From a virus, in IMG/VR virus record IMGVR_UViG_3300032116_000102, positions 1-64,000 of that record: a stretch of 64,000 nt of DNA; one strand, written 5' to 3'. Below are positions 45,018 through 55,197 of the stretch, piece after piece (position 1 is the stretch's first letter; the number at the start of each line of letters is the position of its first letter). A program made the translations under genes and the position numbers. The notes beneath the pieces were generated by a model. The model was not told where the DNA came from. It made no database searches and worked only from the letters and a program-made list of their open reading frames with translations.

Positions 45018-45582
45018 CAGGATTATCTTTACGTTCTTTTAGTATTTTAGCCCACTTGCACTCCTTAGCATTTACCGCCCAGTTCGCAGGCGGATTAGGG
45101 ATTAATTTTTCTAAATCCCAAAAATATTTTTGGAGGCGATCAGCCTCCGTTAAACGATGACGCTCTGGCTTAGCCAAGATCTTGGGGTGAAGGTAAGTTA
45201 CCTGTCTTTGATTTAGAGCCAAAGCGCTGCATAATCTCATCCATTGATTCAATACTTTCGCAACGAACCAAAAGATCGGAGAGTGTTGCGATGGTCATCG
45301 AATGTTCCGACCGCGATGCAAACGCCAGTGCATCACGCAGATGGTGAATTGCTTGCTCCACTGATTCCTTGACTTGAGTCGAGAGAGACATCTGAGCTTC
45401 CGTTGGTTGTTTGGTCAGTATAAACGTTGTTGTCATTGGCTTGCCTCGATAGCAATAAACTTTCCAAAAGCTTGTTGTGGTTTGCGACCAGGGTTTTGCC
45501 CTCTTCTATCGCTTGGATATAGTCTGGCAGTTTTTCCATTTAGATCAAATACGGAGAACTCGAATGAACAGTGCGGTTTACT

Positions 45583-46320
45583 TTAATTCCCTAGGTGGGT
45601 CAAGAGAATATTGTAGAGTCCGATGCGATCATACCCACGCATGCTGAACTCATAACAGATGTTTGTGGTGTCGCAGTCCCAGGAATCTGTCCATGGGTTA
45701 ATGCCTGAGAAGCGGGCGCCTTCTGCAAAAGGTTTCCCTCGATAAATACAAAAACAATTAAATGTTGCCACTACATCCAGGCGGGGTGGCATCTCATAAA
45801 TTCTGGGGCCTTTGAAGATATCATCCTCAACGGAAAGGCGGGTGGCCCAGCTGTCATAAATCCAACGATGACTTTGGATGTTCATGGGATGCACGCTGTA
45901 AGGCGATGCAATGTCGTCATCGGTAAAGAAAAGCTGACTAATTTCCTCCGGATCAAAGTCAATGTCAGGTTCAATGAATAAAACTTTGTCGTACTGCTTG
46001 AGTCCAACTTCTTGTTCAGCTTTTTCCAGGCATTCATTCCGTGCCTCAGCTAAATACTTGACGCGATCCTCGGCACGCACTGAGCCAAAGTAAGGCCAGT
46101 CCTTTTTGACACACTGGATCCAGACCTTGTTAAGTTCAGCCTTTAGTTCGGGTTCGATCATCTGCAGATAATCAACACTGCCGTCGTCTGAATCGTTTTC
46201 AAAAACGGAAAGATCAAATGTGATGCCAGGGTTTTCGTCCTTGAGGCAAAGGATTTGATCCTTCCATCCAAACAGGAATGGTTCCCTGTTGCGAATAATG
46301 CTGCAAATCAGTATCCGCAT
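45583..46320 (-). CDS. GT-A fold glycosyltransferase
   Basis: FENDSDD, LAEARN, FIEPDIDF (DxD-like), YDSWATR. Confidence 0.75.
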   Translation of the reverse strand: MRILICSIIRNREPFLFGWKDQILCLKDENPGITFDLSVFENDSDDGSVDYLQMIEPELKAELNKVWIQCVKKDWPYFGSVRAEDRVKYLAEARNECLEKAEQEVGLKQYDKVLFIEPDIDFDPEEISQLFFTDDDIASPYSVHPMNIQSHRWIYDSWATRLSVEDDIFKGPRIYEMPPRLDVVATFNCFCIYRGKPFAEGARFSGINPWTDSWDCDTTNICYEFSMRGYDRIGLYNILLTHLGN

Positions 46321-47510
46321 CGGTCCATTACTTTCGAGAGTTCTTTGATGTCGGCTTCTTTAATGAAGTGGTTATTGCCGATGTAAAACGAATGGGTATG
46401 CATCCGCTCGCTATTGGGCAGAGGAATCAACGATTCGTAGTCCTCCATGAAGGGCTGACGTAGGAGGTTGCCCACCAGGAACGGACGGGTCTCAATGCCA
46501 ATCAATTGGAGAAACTTCTTGATTTCAAACGCAATGTCGGGATCTGTGCAATGGAATGGAAGGGTCATGGCACTGTTACCGGTCGGCTCGGGCAGCGTGT
46601 CGAACCAAGGGCGACCCATCATTTCTTTTCGGAACGTCACATAGTTTTTGCTGCGTTGTTCATTCCAGCTGTCTAGCTTTTTAAGTTGGACGCGCCCCAG
46701 GACTGCCCCGGTTTCAACGTTACGGAAGTTGTATCCCTTGGTGGGAAACAGGAACGTAGGGTCAATGTCCGGATATTTCTCTTGGATTTCGGTTCGATAG
46801 GCAGGCAGCATTTCACGCGACAAACCATGAGAACGCTTGGCACGCAAGAGGTTATATAGTTTTTCGTTTTGTACGCAAATCATGCCACCTTCAATGGTGG
46901 TCATGTGATGCCCAAAGTAAAACGAGAAGGTTGAGCCGATGCCTGTATTGCCAACCTTGACACCGGTTTTGGCATCACGGGCACCATGTGATTCACAGCA
47001 GTCTTCAATAATGGCGGCATGGGGCCACAGTTCCTTAATCCTCTCCATGTCGTTGGAGATGCCAAGGACGTGTGTCAGGTAGATAACATCAGGCTGGAGT
47101 CCTTTCAGAGATAACTGATGGACTGACTCAGGCGTTGGACTATAAGTCTCGTAATCAATGTCATAAAAATACACATTGTGGTTCTGTTGGCAGAACGTCG
47201 AGATGTTTGTGGCCCAGTTAATGGCTGGGGCAAAGATAGTCAGCTGTTTTTTGGTTGGGAAATAATACTCATGTATTGCATCAAGCAGTAGGAAGTTGGC
47301 GACAGAACCGTTGGCTACATACAAGGAATACGGTGCACCCTGCCATTCACTCCACTCGTTCTCAAATTGCCGACACTCCGGGCCATTAGTAAAACGGTCG
47401 GAAGTCAAAATAAATTTTGTCAGCGCCAGGCGCTCTTTCCAACCGATGGTGTTTTTCTGGAGGGGCCAATCAAACACCGAGTAAGCCGTCATAACCAAAC
47501 GTCGTTTCAA
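46308..47510 (-). CDS. DegT/DnrJ-family PLP enzyme, ColD-type sugar 3-dehydratase
   Basis: ANGSVAN, EDCCESHGA, FSFYFGHHMTTIEGG (His at the usual Schiff-base Lys), GYNFR. Confidence 0.8.
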   Translation of the reverse strand: MKRRLVMTAYSVFDWPLQKNTIGWKERLALTKFILTSDRFTNGPECRQFENEWSEWQGAPYSLYVANGSVANFLLLDAIHEYYFPTKKQLTIFAPAINWATNISTFCQQNHNVYFYDIDYETYSPTPESVHQLSLKGLQPDVIYLTHVLGISNDMERIKELWPHAAIIEDCCESHGARDAKTGVKVGNTGIGSTFSFYFGHHMTTIEGGMICVQNEKLYNLLRAKRSHGLSREMLPAYRTEIQEKYPDIDPTFLFPTKGYNFRNVETGAVLGRVQLKKLDSWNEQRSKNYVTFRKEMMGRPWFDTLPEPTGNSAMTLPFHCTDPDIAFEIKKFLQLIGIETRPFLVGNLLRQPFMEDYESLIPLPNSERMHTHSFYIGNNHFIKEADIKELSKVMDRCGY

Positions 47511-47541
47511 TGGTTATACTTTAACCACGCAGATATGGCAA

Positions 47542-48564
47542 ATGAAACGCGCATTAATTACCGGAATTACCGGCCAAGATGGTGCCTATTTGGCACGAAA
47601 CCTGATCGATAATGGCTACAAAGTCTGCGGTGTTGTTAGAAACCACACGCAACCAAACCATCTCAACAAGCTGAAATGGGTTTTTGGTGGTGACATCCCA
47701 GGGGATGTTCAGCTGGAATACTCTGATCTGACTGATGCGCCATCTTTGACCAGGGTTGTCCAGGACTTTGTGCCTGATGAGGTCTATAACTTGGCTGCCC
47801 AAAGCCATGTTGGCGTCAGCTTTAAGTCTCCCGTCAGCACTGCTTCTGCAAATGCCATCGGTGTCATGAATGTCCTGGAGGCATGCCGGGCCGGGTCTTC
47901 TAATCCACGGTTCTACCAGGCATCAACCTCCGAGATGTTTGGGAAAGTCCAGTCGTTCCCGCAAAATGAAGAGACCGGCTTCTATCCCAGGAGTCCCTAT
48001 GGTGTCGCCAAGCTCTTTGGCTACTGGCTGACGGTGAATTACCGTGAGAGCTACGACATGTTTGGTGCAAACGGAATCCTCTTCAATCATGAGAGCCCAA
48101 TCCGTGGTGATAACTTTGTCACTAAGAAAATTACTAAAGGATTAGTTTCTGTTATCAGAGGTAAACTTCCTGTTCTTGAGCTGGGAAACCTGGAGGCAAA
48201 ACGTGACTGGGGCCATGCCAAAGACTATGTCGATGCCATGCGTCTGATCTTGCAACAATCACAGCCCAAAGACTATGTCATTGCAAGTGGCATCCAGCAC
48301 AGCGTTCGGCAATTCTGTGAAATTGCCGCTGACTACTTGGATCTTGGCTTGGAATGGCGGGGGGAAGGCGTCAATGAAACTGGGTACAGCACCAAGCTGG
48401 ATAAGACGATCATCACCATCAACCCTCAGTTCTATCGTCCGGCTGAAGTTGATACTCTCCTGGGTGACTGCACCAAGGCGCATCGGGAACTTGGTTGGGA
48501 GCCTCGAATCTCCTTTGAAGACATGGTAAAAGAGATGATCACCTACGATCTAGCAACCGTCTAA
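47542..48564 (+). CDS. gmd: GDP-mannose 4,6-dehydratase
   Basis: GITGQDGAYL, NLAAQSHV, YQASTSE, PRSPYGVAK, LFNHESP, RDWGHAKDY. Confidence 0.95.
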   Translation: MKRALITGITGQDGAYLARNLIDNGYKVCGVVRNHTQPNHLNKLKWVFGGDIPGDVQLEYSDLTDAPSLTRVVQDFVPDEVYNLAAQSHVGVSFKSPVSTASANAIGVMNVLEACRAGSSNPRFYQASTSEMFGKVQSFPQNEETGFYPRSPYGVAKLFGYWLTVNYRESYDMFGANGILFNHESPIRGDNFVTKKITKGLVSVIRGKLPVLELGNLEAKRDWGHAKDYVDAMRLILQQSQPKDYVIASGIQHSVRQFCEIAADYLDLGLEWRGEGVNETGYSTKLDKTIITINPQFYRPAEVDTLLGDCTKAHRELGWEPRISFEDMVKEMITYDLATV

Positions 48565-48981
48565 AGGTCAATGCGTAGATACAGCTCGCCTTCTTGGATC
48601 AACTTTTCCTCGAAGGCAGCTGCTTCTTGCGTTTCAATATCGTTAAAGGCCACACCATTGCGGCTTCGGTGTTCAAGCCTTATAAACGACTTGAGATCAA
48701 GGCTTGGATCACAGTAATAGAAACGAGTAATGTTGCAAGACATACAGTCAAAGCTTCCCAGTTCAATTTGATGGCAATCCAAACGATTTGCAGGAGGACC
48801 CCCAGGCAGCCCCACCACCCCTCAATCGAAAGCCTAATGCGCGTCAATGGATCCAATGGGGGACTAGCTCAACGACGACTGTAATGAGCATAGACAATAA
48901 AATAGTCAAAACGATGAGCTTGAATTCCTGCATTCTTAGTTTTATATCTGCTACATTGTAACCAATATACAAAACCTGTTA

Positions 48982-49836
48982 ATGGTTGCTAAACTGAATA
49001 CATCAGATCCTTGGATTCAAGCCAAAGAAGAGCAACCGGAAGTAATGCGGTCGATTAATCGGACCGCAGCCAGGATAACACTTAACGGAAAACGTCACTA
49101 CACAACTCCGTTACCCACTGGACCTGCACCGTCCGTAACCACTATCATCAGCGAGACAGCTTCCGAAGCAAACAAACGGAAGCTTGAAATGTGGTCGAAA
49201 GCAAATCCAGGTGTCAAAGAACAAGCAGCCGAGCGGGGCACTGCCATTCACTATGGTATGGAGCAGTACCTCAAAGGGAATAAAACGCCGGAAATCAAAG
49301 ATGAATATGCGGACTTTTGGGCTGGCATGCCGGCGATTCTGGATCAATTCCAGGAAATCCTTTGGGCCGAGTCTCCAGTTCTGGATAAGTTTGACTTTAC
49401 TATTGGTGCTGATGACGTTGCTCGCGTCTGGGGTTGTGACGGAGAAGGACGCGCTTGGGCTGGTGCTCCTGATATTATTGCTGTGGCTAACAATAAGCTG
49501 ACGCTTGCTGACTTAAAAACCAGCGTCAAACCCTATAGCCGCAAGTGGCCTAAAGACCTGGAAAAAGGTTCGCCTGAATGGCGTGATCTCCTCGGGGGTC
49601 ATCTTAAATTCAAAAAGACTTGCAAACAACTCGCTGCGTATGATATAGCTATTACCCAGACATTGGGAATAAAAGTTCAACAAGCAGCAATCCTAGTTTC
49701 TACACCAGTAAGAACTCAGGTTTTTAAAATATCACGCAGGTTCTTAGACTCTTTGCATGAAGATTGGTACAAAATTGTTGAAGAGTATTATGCGCAAATA
49801 GAAAATTGCAATGCGTATGACCCTGATCTAATTTAA
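48982..49836 (+). CDS. PD-(D/E)XK exonuclease
   Basis: PSVTTII, RGTAIH, AGAPD, LADLKTS, QLAAY. Confidence 0.85.
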   Translation: MVAKLNTSDPWIQAKEEQPEVMRSINRTAARITLNGKRHYTTPLPTGPAPSVTTIISETASEANKRKLEMWSKANPGVKEQAAERGTAIHYGMEQYLKGNKTPEIKDEYADFWAGMPAILDQFQEILWAESPVLDKFDFTIGADDVARVWGCDGEGRAWAGAPDIIAVANNKLTLADLKTSVKPYSRKWPKDLEKGSPEWRDLLGGHLKFKKTCKQLAAYDIAITQTLGIKVQQAAILVSTPVRTQVFKISRRFLDSLHEDWYKIVEEYYAQIENCNAYDPDLI

Positions 49837-49839
49837 AAA

Positions 49840-50334
49840 ATGCAAAACAAAGTCTGTACAATTTGCAAAGAATTAAAAGATTTGTCTTGCTTTAGCAAAG
49901 CGGGCAGAAAAGACGCTTTACGTAGTAATTGTAAAACTTGTGACGCTAAAAAGTATAAAGAATGGAAAAATAAAAATAGAACAAAATATCTACGTAGTTC
50001 TAGTAATTCTGGATTAAAAATACGATATGGAATCGGGCTTGAAGAATATGAAAAACTTTTAGCGCAGCAAAACCATAGCTGTAAAATTTGTGGAACAAAA
50101 AAACCTGGCAGAAAAGATGTTAAAAGATTTGCTGTAGATCATTGCCATAAGACAAACAAAATCAGAGGCTTGCTTTGCATGGCATGCAATACTGCAATAG
50201 GACTGTTAAACGAAGACCCAAAACTTTTTGATGCTGCTCAAAACTATTTGAGAGAGCATCGAGCAGACCCTTGGTATGAAAGTACAACAGGCGGCAATCT
50301 TGGTATCGACGCCTGTTCGTACTCAAGTCTTTAA
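49840..50334 (+). CDS. Endonuclease VII-family homing endonuclease
   Basis: YGIGLEEYEKLLAQQNHSCKIC...VDHCHKTNKIRGLLCMACNTAIG; AT-rich. Confidence 0.88.
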   Translation: MQNKVCTICKELKDLSCFSKAGRKDALRSNCKTCDAKKYKEWKNKNRTKYLRSSSNSGLKIRYGIGLEEYEKLLAQQNHSCKICGTKKPGRKDVKRFAVDHCHKTNKIRGLLCMACNTAIGLLNEDPKLFDAAQNYLREHRADPWYESTTGGNLGIDACSYSSL

Positions 50335-50443
50335 GATCTCCAGGCGATTCCTGGATTCCTTACGGGATGATTGGCTCAAGATCGTTGCCGAGTACTACAC
50401 CCAAATTGAAAATTGTGGTGTTTATGACCCTGATCTCATTTGA
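50258..50443 (+). pseudogene. Displaced duplicate of the exonuclease 3' end (61 codons plus stop)
   Basis: Translates IEQTLGMKVQQAAILVSTPVRTQVFKISRRFLDSL...YDPDLI*, 52/61 aa identical to 49651-49836. Confidence 0.9.
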
Positions 50444-50941
50444 TCACTGGAAGCCGTAGTTCATGTTGCTGCCCAGTCCAATATTTGGAGTGGTGCCGAG
50501 TCCAATATTGGGTTTGGTGCCAAGGGCGGAACCGGTTTGTGCAGCAACCGACTGCGAACGCATCTGGTCCAGCATGTTCATGTAGCTGGACTGAGTACCA
50601 GTGCTGCCGCCAAGCTGAGTTGGTTTCGCTGCGCCACTGGGAGTTGGCTTGGTAGGAGCAGGACGCTTGGGCGCTGCAGTTGCACCGGTCGTTGGACGTG
50701 CTCCTGCTTTACCTTTGTTTTCTACTGCGCGACGCACTGGTTTTTCAGCCGGGCGAGCCGCTGGTTTTGGAGTACGTGCAGTAGGTGCCGCAGCTTGGCG
50801 TGGAGCTGGGGTGCCGGCTTTGGCAGTTGGGCGCTTGGCTTCTTGTTTTTTCGTAGGTGCTGGCATTGCTTTCTTGCCTGCTTTATCAACAGCACCCTTG
50901 ACAGGTTCTTTGCGTGCTGCGCCGGTACGCTTCTCTTTCAT
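50444..50941 (-). CDS. Lys/Ala/Pro-rich basic (histone H1-like) protein
   Basis: Composition; C-terminal LGT.PNIG repeats; TATAAT box upstream. Confidence 0.6.
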   Translation of the reverse strand: MKEKRTGAARKEPVKGAVDKAGKKAMPAPTKKQEAKRPTAKAGTPAPRQAAAPTARTPKPAARPAEKPVRRAVENKGKAGARPTTGATAAPKRPAPTKPTPSGAAKPTQLGGSTGTQSSYMNMLDQMRSQSVAAQTGSALGTKPNIGLGTTPNIGLGSNMNYGFQ

Positions 50942-50981
50942 GGTTATAAAACTTATAAACTAATTATATCGAAACAACGTT

Positions 50982-51266
50982 ATGTTCAAACTTCTATTCA
51001 AAGACATCATCGATGCCGTAATCAAATGGTGGAAACGCACCTGGTTTGAAGCCAAAATTAAAGCTAAATTGGATATGATCGAGCTTGAAAACCGTATTGA
51101 ATCCGAATTAGAACGAGAAGAACAAAACAAGCCAATCTACAGAGAGCATCCGATTGATCCTGTACTCCAAGCCGGTGAATCCCAAAAGCTGGGTGGAGCC
51201 ATGCAATTGACAGCGCCTTGGTATAAAGATGAACAGCAACAAGATCAGCAAACTGGAGAGTCGTAA
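50982..51266 (+). CDS. Hypothetical protein
   Basis: ORF track. Confidence 0.6.
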   Translation: MFKLLFKDIIDAVIKWWKRTWFEAKIKAKLDMIELENRIESELEREEQNKPIYREHPIDPVLQAGESQKLGGAMQLTAPWYKDEQQQDQQTGES

Positions 51267-51376
51267 ACGTCACGCTTGGGATGTGGCGTGCCAGACCGTG
51301 GTGGTCACGAGAGAAGATGTGCTGCAGGTTTATGACCGGTTAATGAAACAATTTGACACCATTGATCCGATTAATG

Positions 51377-51965
51377 AGTCTCATAAGACTCGCTAATTCC
51401 GGTAAAATTTAAGGACAGCGGTGCGTCAACACCCTGCCCACGGCAACCACTACCACTGGTTACATGCATAAACTAACTGATTTTAAGGTCTGTCGCAAAG
51501 GCTTGCATCAATACCCTTTAAACCTAAGGCAATGCCCTGAGTGTAGAAAAATAGCTAAAGAAAAATGGTACAAAAATAATAAAGAACTTTGTAAAACATT
51601 TAGAAAAACTTGGAACGAAAAAAATAAACAACAAAGAAACAAATTAAATCAAAAATGGAAGCAAAATAATAAAAATAAAATAAACGCAATAAATTCTAAA
51701 CGTCGAGCAAACAAAAGAAAGGCTGTCCCTGCTTGGGCTGATTTAAAAGAAATATTTAAAATTTATCAAGAGGCTGTAGAGCTCACCAAAAAAACGGGTG
51801 TTAAGCATGAAGTTGATCACATATATCCGCTTCAAAATAAATATATGTGCGGTTTGCACGTACAAGAGAACTTGCAAATTTTAACAAAGAAAGAAAATCT
51901 TGCAAAAGGTAATCGAACTTGGCCTGGGCAGCTTGATTGCCAAAGAGAATAGTCTCATAAGACTC
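51377..51965 (+). mobile_element. HNH insertion bounded by 15-bp direct repeats AGTCTCATAAGACTC
   Basis: Repeats at 51377-51391 and 51951-51965 flank an AT-rich HNH gene. Confidence 0.65.
51464..51952 (+). CDS. HNH endonuclease
   Basis: HEVDHIYPLQNKYMCGLHVQENLQILTKKENLAKGN. Confidence 0.85.
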   Translation: MHKLTDFKVCRKGLHQYPLNLRQCPECRKIAKEKWYKNNKELCKTFRKTWNEKNKQQRNKLNQKWKQNNKNKINAINSKRRANKRKAVPAWADLKEIFKIYQEAVELTKKTGVKHEVDHIYPLQNKYMCGLHVQENLQILTKKENLAKGNRTWPGQLDCQRE

Positions 51966-52037
51966 ATAACTTAAGGATTGTTTTGAGAGTGCTTTGGTTT
52001 AGGCCGTCTAGGATAAGAAAACAGCGCAAAAACCACC

Positions 52038-52226
52038 ATGAGCACCTACGTCATTGGCGTAGGCGAATGGATGCAGACCCTCTCAAGCCGCATGGAAACT
52101 GCGGTTGATGGGGATCTCTTTGTCCTTCCGTCTGCAATGCACCTTCACGCATACAACATATTGAAAGAAAGCCTTTTTTCAACTCAAGACTTTAAAGTAG
52201 AAGTTCGAATCGACAACCAGGCATGA
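52038..52226 (+). CDS. Hypothetical protein
   Basis: ORF track; ATGA overlap with the primase gene. Confidence 0.55.
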   Translation: MSTYVIGVGEWMQTLSSRMETAVDGDLFVLPSAMHLHAYNILKESLFSTQDFKVEVRIDNQA

Positions 52227-54850
52227 CCAATACCAACCAGCAAGCCCTCAAGCCTGGCGAAATTAAGCTTGATTACATCCCGGTTGACTGGCCCTTGACT
52301 CCCTTGGGTCCAAATAAAGATCCGTATATTGCAGGCTGGCAAAACAAACCACTTAGCCCAAAAGAAATAGAAGATGAGATTCTGAGCGGACGTTGCAAGG
52401 CAATTGGTCTGCTCGGTGGTCCCGTCTACAACCATCCCTACGGTTTTGTCTGGGTTGATGTTGACGGCCCTACCGTCTATCAACTCATCGAAGATCTCTC
52501 GGAACTTCCGTTTGAGCAGGCACTCCCCCCAACACTGACAATCCTCAGTGGAAAAGAGGGGCGTGAGCGTAAATTATACAAATTGTCACGAGATCAACAC
52601 AAACAATTCGTACGAAATAAGTACACCTGGCACTCGGAGGGGCCAAAAGAAAAACTTGAGATCCTCTGGAAGCGGCACCAGGGTGTTCTCATGGGTCTGC
52701 ACCCTGAAACCGAAGGGTATTTCACCGCTCCAGATCAAGGGTTTGAGTGGATCCAGCAGTTGCCTGAGTTTCCGGACTGGCTACTGAATGCCATCGTCCA
52801 GAAAAATGTCAAGCAGGGTGTTCCCGCCAAGGAAACGACACGCATCATCGGTCCTTCCTTTGCCATTAATGCTGAGATTTCCCTTGAGCGGGACATGCAG
52901 CTGGCCTTGGAAGCAATGTGGGGCATGCCACCAGAAGCAACTGATGATTACGACATCTGGATCACGGTTGGTCAGTCGCTTCATTCATTGGATGAATCAC
53001 TGCTCGATCACTGGGATGAATGGTCCCGGCAATCGGATAAATATCAGGATGGTGAATGCCAACGGCGTTGGCTTTCCTTCTCAAAAGGTGGCGGTCGGGG
53101 TGTTGGATCTTTGGTGCACGTCGCCAAGGAGAACGGATGGAAGCCGTCTGAAAATCACAAGGCAATGAATGTGGACGATTCAATGCTTGATCATGTGTCC
53201 AAACTGTTAAACGAATTAGAAAAAGATTTGGGTATGACAAATACTGCAACCGTTCCCGAAGTAGACAGTGCACCCGTTAATCGGTGGGCTGCAACAAGTG
53301 CATACAAAGAAAAAGAAGGGAAAAAACAAAAGACTCGCAATCCATCGTCTGATGTCATTGCTGGAATCCTGCTTCAGGATTACAAAGGGAACCTGCGCTA
53401 CAGCCAAGCTCATGACGCATTCTTCATGTATGAGTACCAGCGGAAGGGTCTTTGGTCTCAGCTGTCTGACTATGAGGTGAAGGGTGACATCAAAGGTCGG
53501 TTGGATGCCATCAAAGAAGGTCTTCTGCACAGCGGCTACTCCATGAATCTGATCTCTGATTTGATGGAGCAATTGAGGATTTCAACTATTTTTGATGATT
53601 GGTATGAAAGCAATGATTATCTGCTCTTTACCAACGGAATCCTGAAAGTTGATACGCGAGAGTTGCTTCCTTTTGACAGGGAAATGCACATCACGCAACA
53701 GCTGCCTTACGAATACGATCCCTACGCCACATGTGAACCCATCATTAAATGGCTCAAGAGTACACAACATGACAGCTGGGGTCGGGTCCAGGTGCTGCGG
53801 GCTTGGTTGCGGGCAGTGCTGTTAAGTCACTCCGACATTCAAAAGTTTGTTGAGATTGTTGGTCCAGGTAAATCAGGGAAGTCCACCTACAGCAACCTTG
53901 CTCACGCACTGGTCGGTGATGACAACGCAATGATCTCCTCGCTAGAGCACCTGGAAAAGAACAGATTTGAAACATCAAACCTCTATAAGAAAAAGCTTCT
54001 GCTCTTTAATGATGTGGAGCGTTATGGCGGCTCGGTTTCAGTCCTTAAAGCGATCACCGGTCGTGACCTGATTCGTAATGAGCGTAAGTTCCAGGCCGGC
54101 AGCCAGAAACCATTCAAGTTCAATGGTCTGGTCATGATCACCGCCAACGAACCAATCCAAACAACTGACCCAACATCTGGTTTAGCGCGTCGTCGCCTCA
54201 CCATTCCTTTTGACAAACCATTCACTGGTAGTTCTGCTGAGCAGCGCACGTTGATTGATATGGATGATCGTGGTCATCCCTTCGGTGAATTTGCTGCTTT
54301 GCTGCCAGGTCTTGTCAACTGGGTCTTGGATATGACTGAGGCAGAGATGCGGGAATACTTGATGGAGACCAATGACAAAGTTGACTTCTTCGCCAAGCAT
54401 CACCGTGAACAGATCCTTAAATCCAACCAGATCCTTGATTGGATGCAGCATTGTGTTGTGTTTGATCCAGGTATTGCCACTCCTGTGGGCCTTGCAAAAC
54501 ACGCGCCAGGTGGTGTCTCCAACCTGTACATCAACTGGGACAAGTGGTTGTATGCCAGCTACTGCGAATTCTCACGTGGTTCAAACAGCAACATCCTTGG
54601 TCGCAGCCGGTTTGAATCCCTCTTGATGGACGTATGTGTGCATCAGCTCAAGCTGAATGTCTATCAATTTAAGAACAGTCGTGGCATGCGGGTTGTCAAC
54701 ATCGCATTGCGAGCATCCGGCCCTAAGTACGAGCAATATCCTTCCCTTGTGGAAGTGGGTCTGAACAAGGAAGAGTGGCGTGCGTTCTATGGGGACATCA
54801 TTGACAAAGCATCTAATGCGACAATGGAAGAGGCTGCTGAAGAACTGTGA
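52223..54850 (+). CDS. Primase-polymerase / PriCT-2 / D5-type SF3 helicase
   Basis: WVDVDG prim-pol; DYDIWITVGQSLH...WDEWS PriCT-2; GPGKSGKST Walker A; ITANE; RRRLTIPF. Confidence 0.9.
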   Translation: MTNTNQQALKPGEIKLDYIPVDWPLTPLGPNKDPYIAGWQNKPLSPKEIEDEILSGRCKAIGLLGGPVYNHPYGFVWVDVDGPTVYQLIEDLSELPFEQALPPTLTILSGKEGRERKLYKLSRDQHKQFVRNKYTWHSEGPKEKLEILWKRHQGVLMGLHPETEGYFTAPDQGFEWIQQLPEFPDWLLNAIVQKNVKQGVPAKETTRIIGPSFAINAEISLERDMQLALEAMWGMPPEATDDYDIWITVGQSLHSLDESLLDHWDEWSRQSDKYQDGECQRRWLSFSKGGGRGVGSLVHVAKENGWKPSENHKAMNVDDSMLDHVSKLLNELEKDLGMTNTATVPEVDSAPVNRWAATSAYKEKEGKKQKTRNPSSDVIAGILLQDYKGNLRYSQAHDAFFMYEYQRKGLWSQLSDYEVKGDIKGRLDAIKEGLLHSGYSMNLISDLMEQLRISTIFDDWYESNDYLLFTNGILKVDTRELLPFDREMHITQQLPYEYDPYATCEPIIKWLKSTQHDSWGRVQVLRAWLRAVLLSHSDIQKFVEIVGPGKSGKSTYSNLAHALVGDDNAMISSLEHLEKNRFETSNLYKKKLLLFNDVERYGGSVSVLKAITGRDLIRNERKFQAGSQKPFKFNGLVMITANEPIQTTDPTSGLARRRLTIPFDKPFTGSSAEQRTLIDMDDRGHPFGEFAALLPGLVNWVLDMTEAEMREYLMETNDKVDFFAKHHREQILKSNQILDWMQHCVVFDPGIATPVGLAKHAPGGVSNLYINWDKWLYASYCEFSRGSNSNILGRSRFESLLMDVCVHQLKLNVYQFKNSRGMRVVNIALRASGPKYEQYPSLVEVGLNKEEWRAFYGDIIDKASNATMEEAAEEL

Positions 54851-55197
54851 GCAATGGGCGTCACCTGATCCTCGATCTCTACGATTGCGATAAGGATCTA
54901 CTGGATAATTACGAAGAGCTAGAGCGGTTGCTCCAGGTGGCGCTCAACATGGCGGGTGCAAAGATTCTGCGGGTCTTTGGTGAGAAGTTTCAGCCGCAAG
55001 GCGTGACACTCTTGGCATTACTGGCGGAATCACATGCATCCATCCACACATGGCCCTGTGAAGGTTATTGTGCCATTGACCTTTATACCTGTGGTGATAC
55101 AACCCATACCCATCGGGCTGCCGAATTCTTGAAGACGAAACTAAAAGCGAAGCAATCAGAGGAAAAAGAACTAGTGCGGTCTATAACTCCTCAATAA
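54847..55197 (+). CDS. speD: S-adenosylmethionine decarboxylase proenzyme family
   Basis: GRHLILDLYDC, FQPQGVT, LAESHASIHTWP, DLYTCG. Confidence 0.92.
   Translation: MSNGRHLILDLYDCDKDLLDNYEELERLLQVALNMAGAKILRVFGEKFQPQGVTLLALLAESHASIHTWPCEGYCAIDLYTCGDTTHTHRAAEFLKTKLKAKQSEEKELVRSITPQ

Noticed and set aside
49651-50443. Duplicated gene end as a diversity-generating retroelement TR/VR pair
   Set aside because: Differences are not adenine-specific (e.g. GAC/GAT, TCT/TCG), they are mostly synonymous, and no reverse transcriptase is present in the window.
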